Source: Geosiphon pyriformis uo1 (Eukaryota; Fungi; Glomeromycota). Taken from it: a stretch of 64,000 nt of DNA. The stretch spans positions 60,984 through 124,983 of the forward strand of contig JAAOMT010000200.1 in the NCBI GenBank assembly GCA_016748015.1, in the 5' to 3' direction. Made by a program: the position numbers and the translations under genes. Shown here piece after piece: positions 37,001 through 49,500 of the stretch; positions within the stretch are counted from its first letter, which is position 1; every line of letters begins with the position of its first letter. The notes beneath the pieces were generated by a model, which did no database searches, was not told where the DNA came from, and saw nothing but the letters and a program-made list of their open reading frames with translations.

Positions 37001-39698
37001 GAGTTTCATATTCCTTTTCTGGAGAAATACATGCTTCCATTGATAAAAGTTTCTTGTTGTAATCTTTGCATTTAAGTAGAATATAGGGTGGTTGTTTCCA
37101 TGGTTCTGGAGTAGAATATCTAACTTTCTTCCATCCTCTTGATTTTTCAAAAATCTCTTGTTCTGTTTCCTCAGCCCAATTGGATGTTGATCCAAGTGCC
37201 ATGTAGGTTTCAGTAAGTGGCATTTTTTTCTTCTCTTCAAATTCAAATACTGGGGCTTTTTTTGATCATTTGTTGAAAGTATCACAAGTAGCAGGTACTA
37301 TAGTGTGTTGTCCTTGGTATGAGATTTTTAGTTCTTGAGTTTACCAATCTAAGTTTGCATTGGCTTTAAGAAGCCAATCATTTCTGACCAGAGCTTGGTA
37401 TTGAGATACATCTATGACTAGCACTTTGACTGGAATGGTGATTCCATCAATGATAAATGAGAAATTGTCAATTTTTTCTACAGGTGTCTTTTTCATACCA
37501 TCTGCTGTAACAATTACAGTTTGGGCTAGTCTGTCAACAGTTCTTTGAAGTTATTGTATTAACTGGTAAGTAATAATACTTCTAGCTAATCCACTGTCTA
37601 AAATTAATCGAATGGGTTTTCCTTCAACTATAGTTTCAGTGTACATGGCAGTAATAGCTTTTTGTTCATTAGCTGCTGCATTACTAAGCAAGAATGGTGA
37701 TTCATTTGCTTCAAATTTGAATGAGAATATATCTGAGAGGTTGGCATTTTGAGCAATTTAAGCTAGTGGAATGGTATGGTTGGAAGAGTTTGTTTTTAGT
37801 ACTGCAGCTTTACCTTCAGAAAGTGCAGTTTATTGAAAATTCGATTCTTCAGTCATTCTTAAATAACTGAGTTGAGTGTGAAAGTAATTTGGTCTTTGCT
37901 AACCAGAATTTCGGGGAACTAATTGGTTATTTGGGTTGATTCTATTGTTGTTATTCTGAAATTGATTTTGAGGTGTGAATTAGTTATGTTGAACCAATCT
38001 TCTGACTGGTACTTGATATTGTTGAATGGGTTGTGTCTGATATTGCTGAATTGGTAAAGGTTGCTAATATTGTTGCTGCATTGGTTGTGGAGCTGGTTGA
38101 TAGTAATTGTTTTGATTTTGGGGTCTTGGTAAATAATAAGTTGGTGGTAAAAGTTGGTAATAAAATTGTTGTGGTAAAGAATAACGTTGATTACTCCTAT
38201 TTTGTTGGTCTCTTTGCAATTTTTCTGCAATCATGTTTCCAGTGTCCTGGAATTTCACAATAATGACAATTTTGAGATTGGTTGTTAGATGATGATCCAA
38301 AATTGTTTTGGTTGTGTTGTTGTGAGGGTTGGTATTTTTGTGGTTGTTGCTGTTGTTGTTGTTGGTTTGTAAAGTAGCTTTCAACTTTTTTTGTGAGTTA
38401 GTCTATCTTCTTTTCAGCTGTTAAGCTGGTTTCTCCAATTGCAAGATTTACAAGCTTGGTGTGATTTGCTTTTTCTATTGCCATTTCATAGCTTTTTGCA
38501 TGTCTAATGGCAGTTGCTAAGTCTGCTAGAGCATGTAGGTGAACTTTCTTGATTAATTTGTCCTTTAATCCTGCTATAAACTGATCCAAAATTTGGGCAT
38601 CAGAATAGTAATTATTGGTTTCCAATTGTCGAATCTGTCGAAGAAGTTTGTTGAATCTTCCAAGATAGGTCATAACAGTTTCAGATGTTTCTTGTTTGAT
38701 ATTACGAAAGCAATTGCAGAGAGTAATAAAGGTGTTGTTGTCAGTGAATTGTTGTAAGAAAGCATCTTTGAATGCTTGCCAGTTTTCAAATGGTTCTTCT
38801 AAGTTTTTAAACTATTCTTCTGCAGTTTCTTGGAGAAAGTATGGAATTGCTTTGAGCATTCTTGCTGCAATCCAACCATTTGCATCTCCTGCTTTTTGAA
38901 CTTTGTCAAGTCATTCTTGAGAACTGGTATCATTATCTTTACCAGTAAATTCTGGAATCTTTGCAATGTAAGCAGTTGCCATTTTTTCTTTGTTTTCTGT
39001 GGTTTCTTTTTGTTCTGATTCAGTTTCTTTACTTTCCAAGTTTTCTGAATGATCACTTTCGTTTTCCTGTAAGTATTCAATAATATTGGTGCTTGTTAAT
39101 ATGGGTTCCTGCTGTTGAGTAGAATTTCTAGGTGACTGAAAATCTTCTGGTCTAGAAAAACGGTTAAGTAGTGAACTTGGTATTTGTGGTTGAACAAGTG
39201 AAATTGGAAATAGTGTAATAGAAAGTGGTAATTTGACACTGGTTCTTTGTTCAGGTGTTTGCAAGTGTTTGGCAGTTGTCTTTTGTAGTATTGGAGTGTT
39301 TGGAGTGGTTCTTGAGTATTGCTTCAATTTTTGTTTGCCTTTGTTGCTTGTTTCTGTCTCTGATTTAAAATCAATAGAGTATTGAGACTGTACTGGGTAA
39401 TTTTCTTCACAATACTCAATAATGTTAAAATTAAGTTCTTGAAAATAGGTAGCAAGTGTTTTACTGTTCAGGTCTTCTGTTCCCAATTGTGAATAGTGTA
39501 CTAAATTATTGTAGAGGTTGCTTCTAACTTCTGAAATATTGTAGTTTCCAAAAAGATAATTGTTAATGCAGTTTTCAATGTATTGGTATACTGATTTTTG
39601 ATAACTTCAATTCCGTCTGGGATGTTGAATCTTTGCTTGCAGTGGGTGTAAATTGACTGGTAATACTCTAGAGTTGTTGTGTCTGGTGTGGTTGCCAC
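34009..39698 (-). pseudogene. Gag-PR-Cys-rich-dUTPase-RT-RNase H polyprotein relic
   Basis: ORF fragments starting at 37223, 36524, 36230, 35507 and 34733 are all in one frame, broken mostly at Trp/Gln/Arg codons. Two homopolymer frameshifts in gag. dUTPase motifs DAEYNL, ASKSSL, GVIDAEYTGDI, KIAQ, ERG..DFGSTG. Confidence 0.9.
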
Positions 39699-39743
39699 TT
39701 TGAAGTTGTTTTTGCTGTGTTGTTTCCGTGGGAGAGCACCAAA

Positions 39744-40568
39744 TGTTACCGGAGGTTTTTGGTCTCTTTTCTTAAATGTTGTTAATGTCTGTTTGTTGTA
39801 AATTCACGTTTTCTAGAAGTAGTTGAACCTCCAATAACTGAATTTATCTTCAAATTATCTCTTATAATTTGAACTGCTGGGCTTATGAGTGGAATGGCCA
39901 ATTCCGTGCCAGTTGCTTTGTGTNNNNNNNNNNNNNNNNNNNNNNNNNNNNNNNNNNNNNNNNNNNNNNNNNNNNNNNNNNNNNNNNNNNNNNNNNNNNN
40001 NNNNNNNNNNNNNNNNNNNNNNNNNNNNNNNNNNNNNNNNNNNNNNNNNNNNNNNNNNNNNNNNNNNNNNNNNNNNNNNNNNNNNNNNNNNNNNNNNNNN
40101 NNNNNNNNNNNNNNNNNNNNNNNNNNNNNNNNNNNNNNNNNNNNNNNNNNNNNNNNNNNNNNNNNNNNNNNNNNNNNNNNNNNNNNTTTTCTTGAAGAGA
40201 GAAGCTCTTCTTTTATACAACTTGTTGTAGTACTATTCTTGAACTTGCACTTTTCTTTTTTTTTCAATTTGGGTGAACTAAAGATACATTTCGGCGAATT
40301 TACAAGTTATTTTACTGAACTATTGATTATTTCGGCAAATTTTCATTAATTTCGGCGAATTTTGACTATGTTAAATGGTTCAGGATATTGTGTAATTTGA
40401 TCATCTTAATTTCTAGAGTACAAATCGGATTATTGATTGAGTAATAATATTTGATAATTTGATTAAATAATAAGTGATAATCGAAATGATAATAATATAT
40501 GCTGATTAATAATAGGAATTATAAGAGTAATTTCATGCTAATTAATAGCTAAAATTCTACTGGTAACA
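39744..40568 (-). repeat. 5' LTR of element A, containing an assembly gap (N run 39924-40186)
   Basis: Matches the 3' LTR on both sides of the gap; followed on the minus strand by TT and the PBS. Confidence 0.95.
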
Positions 40569-43500
40569 ATGCCAAATATTTAGCTCTTGTTGCTCAACCA
40601 GTTACTTTTAGTGGTGCTTTGTAAACAAGTATTGTTGGTGAATTTTTTTTTTCTCTCTATCTGTGTAAGATAGTTTAGCTAATCCTGATTTCTCTTTGGA
40701 GATGAAACCCCTCCTGTTTGTTGTTAATAAGTTAAAATTACATTTGGTTAACATTGAGAACAGTCTTATCAGTCTCACAGAACAAATTAGTAAGTTGGCT
40801 AAGAAGTTGAAATTACTTGTGCTGGCAGTTTTCCAGTTTAGTTCTGGATGTCAACTGTTAGTAATCTTTTCATCACAGGATTGATATAGTAATAGAAGAA
40901 GGCTCAAGTGAGACTACTGGTAATAAGACTGCTGTAGTTTTGGGCCCATTTGCTTCTTTTAAAGTGGTTAAATTGGAAAATATGTTGAAAAGTTTCTCTG
41001 CTTTAGTTCTAAGCTTGTTAGCTTACTTTAATAATTTGGTTTTGGCTGGTGGTGTGCTTTTTTAACCTTCTTTTCAATGAATAGTTTAGTGTAAAAGATT
41101 GCCACATGTAATATTAGAGAGATGAACAATTTTGTTAAGCAAAAAGATATTATTTGTTAGCATAAAAAAATGAACAATTTGGTCTTCATTATTACTGAAA
41201 TAAAATTAAAGGATAAGATTTGTTGATAATTATGAACAAGTTTGATGGTATTCGTGTTTTTACTTCTGGTTTGGAATTTAGTTATTTGAACTCTGGTGTT
41301 GTTGTTATAATAAACATTGGTTTGGCAAAACATGTATACAAAGTTTTAGAGATTGCTGGTAAACTCTTGTCTATTAAACTGCTTTTTAAGAATAAATTAT
41401 CCATTTCAATTTTGAGACTTTATGCTAATACTGCTCTGGCTGTGCATTTGTTTCAAGTTAGTGATATTAACTTTTTAATTGTGAAAACTATAAGTGATTC
41501 TTCTTTTGTTATTTTAAGTGAAGATTTCAATAAAGATGGTTTGTATAGGTGTGCTAGTTTCAGAAAATGCCTCGATCTGAGTTTGGTCAATTTTTTGTCA
41601 GGTAGTTTAGTTGCAAAGAGTTTCACATGGAAAAATTCAAGAAGTGCTGAAAAAACTATTGATTACATATTTGTCTTCTCAAATTTGGTTAATGTAGTAG
41701 TTTGTTGTGATATGTTAGATGTTAGTAATTACTTTAATATTAATTATCAAGCCATTTTTGTGTTGATAAGTCTGGAAGAATTGCTGAATGTATGATTGAA
41801 CTTTCTTTACAAATATGCGAATAGAAATCATTGGAAGTTCAATTTTAAGAGTGCAAATAATATCAAGTGAACTGAATTCAAGAAAGCTTTGATGGCAAAT
41901 ACCACTATGTTTTTCTAACAATTTCACAAAGTCTAAGAAGTTCTTAAATTTGGACACAATGTGAAATGCTATTCACAAGGTAATATGTCTATTGGCTGAA
42001 AAAGTTTTCAAAAAAAAATAGTTTAAGAACTATGACATATTTTTACTAAAGAGTTATTAAAGTTTTACAAGCTGGAATTTTTGGTGTCTAAGATTGTTAA
42101 GGCCTCCTGGTTAGTCTTTTGTGATAAGTTTGCATCATTGCTAATTAAGTGAAAAAGTTTTGATGCTGTTAATGCTTTTGTAATAAATTTTTTTTTTCTT
42201 TTAGGGTCTTATTTTAATGATGTCAAATCTGTTTTGGCTAAAGTTAGAAAGTCTTATTGCTCCTCTAAATTCCTGGAATTGGAGCATGCTAAAGAATTCC
42301 AGATTAGATTGGCTATTAATAAAAGAATGGAGAATTTTGTAATAAATAAAGATCATACTATCAAGAATGTATTGAAATGGCTTTTTTGCAAAATAGTATT
42401 AAACTATTTGGTTATTAACAATAAGCTAATTCTGAAGTCTAATCTTGTCAAATCTAAAGTAAATGTGATTATAGAAGGCTGAATTCAGAAGCATGGAGTG
42501 ATTACAAATCTCTTTAATAATTGGTTTTGTTAATATTGATCTTTAGATTACATTTTTAATGATGGTTTTTCAAATGTAATATATCTAGTTAGTTTTAATG
42601 AGATGTTAAATGTAATCTCAATTCTGCCTGATAGAAAGGCTGTTGGTCTTTTTAGCATCTTGAATGAATTGTGGAAGCATTGTGACAAGTCTGTTTTGAA
42701 TATGCTTTTGGTGTTTTTAAACTTTTGTTTGACTTGTAAATTGGTGTTTAATTCTTAGAAGGAGACTTAAGTTTTAATAATTCCCAAATCATATAAGTGA
42801 AAAAACGTTTTTACAAATACTTAACCTATTGCTTTAATTAAGACAGTTTACAAGATTCTTTCTAAAAATTTTTAAACAGGATCTCTTTGGCTTGTAATAC
42901 TTTTGATGTTTTTTGTAGGAATAATTTTTCTGCTTTAAAAAGTATAATGACACAATCCCCTATTTTTACTATTGGTTTGGTAATAAAAGATGCCTTAAAA
43001 AAAAACTATAAATTGTGACTGGTTTTGCAGAACATACATAAAGCTTATAATTCTGTTGAATGTGAACATTTCAAGAAGAGTTTGATCAGAGTCAAAATGT
43101 GTGGCAAATTCATTAGATTTTTTGGTAGTATTTACAATAATCAGATTAACAGAGTTATAGCTGATTTTGGTTTAACTGGTAGTTATCAGGTTCATGATAA
43201 GTTGGATCAAAGGAAAGTCTTTTTGTCTCTTCTCTGGTGCATATTTTATGATCCATTTTTGTGTGAAATCAAGAGACAAAAAAGTGTGTATAATTATAGT
43301 TTGAATTTTTATTATGTTGCTAAAACTGGCCAAGTAAAATTGCAGGCTGAATTGACCTCTTTTCTTGCCACTAGTGCTTTTGTTGATAATATAATCTGAG
43401 TTAATAGTAGTCAGACTACTATACAACACATCCTCAGTATTGCTAATGAATTTTTTAGGATTAATGACATTTTTATAAATATTAATAAGACAGTGACTAT

Positions 43501-46500
43501 TTATATTAACTGCAGAGTCACAAACTCATTTTTATCTGTCAATAGCATGCCTATTTCTGTTGCCAAAAAAGAGAAATTTCATCACTATCTGGGCATTTTT
43601 TATCTTTAGAGAGTTTGTTAAAGCCTAGCTTAATTAAAGCACATTTGGATGTTCAATTTTTTGCCAATCTTGTTTTAAAAAAAATAATCTCTGATAAACA
43701 GTTTTTGTATCTGGTGTTAATAGTTCTTCATTTTATTATTAGCTATAGAACTCAATTTAGTTTCATTCCTATTAATATATATAATAAATAAGACACTTTG
43801 ATTTACAGAGGCTTAAAGTTCAAATCTGGTCTGCTACATGATTTTCTCAATGATACAATATATTACTTTTCTTTATATAGTTTAAAAACTTTTAAATAAA
43901 TTCAGACAGAGAGCAAGTTGGCTTTCATTGTTTGTTTTGCAAATTTTTTTGGAGTTTTAAGTTATCTTTTCTAAATAGATTACATAACTTACAAGTTTTT
44001 AGCTAGTGTCTATGCCACTTTTTGCTTTTTTTGGCTTATATTAATATTAATTCATCAAACAATTTCTTGGCTGGTATAATCCATATTTTTCTAGAGTATG
44101 ATCTGTCTTTAAATGGTCTTATAACTAATGCTTTTCATTTTTGGAGTGGTACTCTTGTGTTATTTGTTCTTGGTAAATCAATGTATTTTAAGTGTACTTT
44201 TTTACTTTGGCAGTATGGAATTGTTTTTGTAAACCAACTTTGCAATTGTACTAGTACAGTTTTCAATTGGAAGACATTTAAAAGGTAGAAAAAATTGGAC
44301 TCACATGGTTCAGTTCTCAATTGGTTTGAGCTTTCAATTTATTTTCTTAATAATATGGCTTCTCTACTTGTTTGTTCTCCTCTTTTAGAAGACATTAACT
44401 TGTCAAATATTCTTGGTTCTTATAAATTTAGAGTTGTTTGTGATCATTTATTAAGTGTTAATGTTAGTCATCTTTCTGTCTATACAGATGGATCTTTGTG
44501 TAGTTTGAAGACTATTAATATAAGGGCTAATGCAGCTGTTTTTTTTAAGGATATTAATTTTGGTTTAAGTGTTAAAGTTTCTGGTTTGGTGTCTTCTACT
44601 ATAACAGAGTTGTAGGTTATTTTGCTGGTGTTCAAATGTGTCCTTTTTTCTAGTTCAATTCAATTTTTCTTAGACAACCAGACTGCTTTGAATGCTTACA
44701 AATTAAAATTGGATTTGATATATTCAAACTTTTGAAACAGATGTTGGATTGAACATTGTCACATTGTGAACATCATTTATAAAAAGAATTTGGTGTCAGC
44801 TGGCATAAAGTAAAAAGTTATTCAGGTGTTTCAGACAATGAATATGTTAACATATTTACAAAGACTGTTTTCTTCTCTAATCAGTACTTCCCTCATTGGA
44901 TTAAAGAATGTTACATCAGAGTTAGTAATAGTATTGTTTTTGGTAATTCTAGACATTTTGTTTATAATGTTTTCTATTCTATTTATTATGTATGCTAAGA
45001 AATTGGTTTTGGTTTTTAGGTTGTGGCAAACAATTTGTATGTGGATGTTAATTGGTTTAGATTATTATTGATGTAGCATTCTGATTCTTACTTGGCTGCT
45101 AGTTTCACTAGTAAATGTACTACTAGTGTTTGCACATATTTTATAAAGACTTTATATTACTGGTTTTCTGTTGCTGTTCATAAGCATTTGTATGACAAGT
45201 GTTATTTTAGTGTAGTGTGTTTGTTCTGTGAAGATGTTAAGATCTTGAATCATGCTTTTTCTTGCTCATTTGATCTTATTGTTTATGCTCAATTATTAGA
45301 CACTCATGTAACTAATTGGAAGATGCTTTTTGGTCTTTTTCATTCTTCTTCATACATGTTACAATTGTTGTTTTTCTGTGTTTTTAATATTACAGTGTAT
45401 ATGATTCTGTATAAAAGTTTTGTTTTCAATGATTGGTATCAAGAGTCTCTTTCTGTTTTTAAGAATTCTAAAATTGCAGGCCAAAAAATTGTGAACTTTG
45501 TGTGCAAATTTTGTCTTGTATTTTGAAACAAAATTTGGTTGGTCTGTGCTAAACACCAGGTCTTTATGAAAAAAAATGGACTAATTTTATGTAATAGATT
45601 TGCCCCAATTTTGATAGCTGAACTTTTTTTAGTAATTTTGGCTGGTATGATTAAATTGTTGAGTATTGCTGAAGCTTTTGGTGTTAATTTTGGGCTACAT
45701 AAATCTTGTTTTTTTTTTTTAGATATAGATAATTCAGTTTCAGTTTATATAGGTGCTTAGTGTTGTCTTAATTAGCCTAAGTGACTAGTCATATATAGAA
45801 AATACATGATTCATATCTATTTTAAATTACTTATATGTGATATATTGTACTAGGCAGTATTTGGATCTTACTTGTTAAACATTAATAAAATAATAATAAT
45901 AATAATAATATATTTTTATATATTTTAAGTTTTTTAATATATAAAAACAAACTAAGTATTTTTAATTAAATATAATTTATAACTTTTTATATATAACTAG
46001 TTATTTAATTAATAGAAACAATATTATATACTTATAAAAACTAATATTTTACTATTTAATTTTATAAAAAAACAATTTTTATATAATAATAAAAATTTTA
46101 TTTATATTAAACATATAAATTAATAAATAATATAATTAATAAATTATACATAGAATATAATATAAATTTATTATTATTAACAAAACAATTTTTTTTATGT
46201 CTACTTTAAATTTAAATTTGTATAATAAAATCTTATTTTAATAATTAATTACAAAATAATATACAAAAAAAATTATTTTTAAACCTACTTTTTGGTATTT
46301 TTAAATATTTTACAAGTTTTAATATATTAATATTACTTATAAAAATTAGAAATTATAATAGTAAATAAAATAACCAATCAGAAATAGACATAATAAAAAA
46401 AAAATTTCAGAATTTCTTTTAAGAAATTACAGAATTTCAAAATTTCAAAATTTTTTTCAAAAAATTGTAGGATTTCAGAATTTCAGAATTCCAGAATTTT

Positions 46501-46539
46501 TTTCAAAAAAATTAAAAGATTTTAAAAAATCTCATATAA

Positions 46540-49500
46540 TATAAATTATGTATATATAATGAAAATATTCAAAACTTAGACAAAACAGTAGTTAGTAATA
46601 ACTACTTATCTCTATTCTCTTTTTAAAAAATAGTTTTCTATAACTTAAAATAGAATTACATTAATATTAATAAAATATCTAATTATTATCTAATTCATAT
46701 TATTATTACTTAATTAAGAATATTAATTATTTTTATTACTATTAATATTTTATGTTAATAGAATCTAATATTTAACCATATTAAATCAATAGTTTTTAAT
46801 CATAACTATTAACAAGATACTAATTTTTTATTTTTTTTTTATTTTTTTTTGTTTTATTTCTTTGTTGTTTACTAATTAATTAAAGAAATTAAGCACTAAA
46901 TATTTAATATCAAAAATAATCTGATAAAAAACCTAAAACAAGAGTAAAAAACTTAAAAATAGCTTATCAGAAGAACATAACTGCCAAAATAAACTAACTA
47001 CCACACTGAAAAAAAAATTCACAAAAAAAACTATTAATTAAATCTCTATTCATTATACAAAAAACTTAACCAAAACCTTTAAACTTTAAAATCTTTAAAA
47101 ATTACCAATATTTTTCACTATTGAGTACCAAGTTATGGATTTTTTATTTGTTCTAATACTCTAAATAATTATCTGTAATATTTAATGCTTTTTGTAAAAT
47201 ATAATCTAATAAAAAACCAATATTAACAGCAACTATTCAGAAAAGTAGCAGAATTAAAAGTAATAAGAACAAACTACTTGAGATTTGTAAAAGCTTTATT
47301 TTAATATTACTAAACTTATTTTAGACTAACCAGTAATAATTGGCCAACAAAATTAACTTTCAATTGTTATGTTAATAAAAGAATTATATATTATTTAGAA
47401 AACCAAAAAAATTTAGAAGCTCTTCTTAGAAATTTCTACAGTAAACTATTACAAAACACTATACTTCTATCAAATTATCTGTTTGTATTACTGATCACAA
47501 AAATAAACAAAGAAATTGAAAAGTACACTCAACAAAAATTTTCTATTATTTTTGCAAACAAAAAAAAAGAAAAACTACAACTCTAGCAAAAATCCCAAAG
47601 AAAATACAACTGCCTACTTGGAAGAAACCAAGAGTCATTTTACTTATTAACTTATTATATTACTATATACTTGGAAGTACCATTTATATAACATTAGTAG
47701 TTATGTTTACAATAGTTATAAAAACATTATTAGCAAGAATACTATTTCAAAATAAACAAAAAAAAGTCAAATTATTAGAAATATATAGCAATTACTTCAA
47801 AGAATTTAAATTGCAATCAACAATACCATTAAAATTTCAATTACTGTTACTTTAACCAAATTTTGGATTTACCAATTATTGGAAAAACACTAATTTAGAA
47901 GAAAAAAAATATGATAATCAGGAAAATAATAATTAAAACCTAATTCTAAATAATTTGGAAGTACAAACTCCAATTGTTTAAACTCTGCAAAATCTGAACA
48001 ATCTAAATTCCACTTCTATTTTTTAGCAAAACTTACCTTCAATTATTGTAATCAATCTACCAATTGTATTAATTGTTACACAACAACAACAATTTTAACT
48101 ACAACTTTAACAACAATTACAACAACAATTATTAATCATATTAATAACATATACATCTATTGTTAAACTAGAAAAATTTATTGGCAAAGAAAACAATATT
48201 TAAGCATGGCTAAATAATATAAAAAAAGCTATTACAGCCAATAAATAAAATAATATCAGAGTTTTTCAAGCCATTTTCTACTTTTTATAAAACACTGCCA
48301 ACTTGTAGTACCAGAATTTTGTTAACAAACTTCAAGATTTTGACATGTTCAAAACCACATTTTTACAATATTTTAGTAATAATAATAGCATAAATTCCTT
48401 GTAAATTAGTTTTATCACAATCAAACAAAATAATACTGAAACAATTACTATTTACTAGAACATTTTCATATAAATTTGCACCAAATCCAAGCAATTAACA
48501 CTAATTACTTTATAGCACCACAAATTTTAAATTAATTTATTTATAGACTATATAGCAGTTTGTTATAATAAGTATATTTATTGTACTCAAATACTCTTTA
48601 AAACACAATAACACATACTAAAAATTTTAAATCAGCTAAACTCAAAGCCAATTATATCTAAGCCATAAATCTAGTAATAAACAAATTATCTAAATTGGAT
48701 ACCAAATTGAAGCAATTTATTAACTTCTTTAATGTTGTAATAATTCAAAAAACTCTAATTATTTCCAAAATTAATTGCATTTATTATTAGCATCAACCAA
48801 TCAATTATGACAACAAAAAATATGTAATTGTTACTATTATAATAAATAAAGCCATCTAAAAGCAGATTGCCACTTTAGATCTAATAATCCATGATTAAAA
48901 AACCAATATAGAAATCTTAATCACAGATTTCAAATTCAAAATTACACCAACTATTTGTTATTAGAACCATACCAAACTTATTACACACCAATAATACAAT
49001 AACCAATATACTTATCTACAGTTTATTAGACTTTAGCATTAGTAATTTATTAATTATAGTTACAAGTAATTTATTAACTCCAATTAATTCAAATACTGTC
49101 ACAAAACTTAATCCAAATGTCAACTAAAAACCAAAGACTGAAAATTATTCACACATAACAAAATTGGAGATCAGTAATAGTTATGTATTAACCAATTCAC
49201 AGTTTCTTAAATTAGACATTAGAATTATATCCAAAAAATTTAAGAAATAAGTACATTCAAAACCCAAATTTACAAAACTATTTAAGCTTTTTGGTTATCC
49301 TAGAAAACAATTCATCCAACAACTTAAAAACCAACTTAATACTATTTACTAACAATATTCTATTAACAATAGTTATCAAAAACAAGTTACTTGTAGTCAT
49401 TTTTTTTTCAAATTAGAAAAATTAGCAACAACATTTCTATTCAGTAAATTTATTTTTGACACTAAACCAATTATTGCAATATACATAGATACCAAAGTCA

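Larger units (their letters stand above)
30737..40568 (-). mobile_element. Full-length Ty3/Gypsy LTR retrotransposon (element A): 5'LTR-PBS-gag-PR-Cys-rich-dUTPase-RT-RH | IN | ORF3-PPT-3'LTR; inactivated by many stops
   Basis: LTRs 30737-31705 and 39744-40568 with TGTTA...TAACA ends; 4-bp TSD ATGC (30733-36 and 40569-72); PBS TGGTGCTCTCCC; PPT GAGGAGGAAA. Capsid, CHYC-x4-H-x4-C knuckle, LILDSG protease, YLDD RT, LATDAS RNase H, HHCC-DDE-GPF integrase. Confidence 0.96.
29470..45910 (+). mobile_element. Near-complete but heavily mutated LINE (ORF1 with CCHC knuckle; ORF2 APE-RT-RNase H-ZnF), interrupted by a Gypsy element at 30737-40568; (TAA)n tail
   Basis: ORF1 relic with KCKNLGHTSLDC knuckle; the frame rejoins across the insertion (RLAIIYA|KYLALVAQPV). 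ORF2 starts at 41077 (MNSLV*KIATCNIR), then IDYIFVFS, KAYNSV, AFVDNII, VYTDGSL and CLFC..H...C. 3' UTR homologous to 2341-2470. 5' boundary approximate. Confidence 0.9.

Noticed and set aside
39722-39741. Assigning a specific primer tRNA to the PBS
   Set aside because: TGGTGCTCTCCC fits a tRNA ending GAGAGCACCA, but the isotype cannot be determined without the host tRNA set.
39782-40349. ORFs spanning the N run
   Set aside because: Artefacts of the assembly gap inside the 5' LTR.
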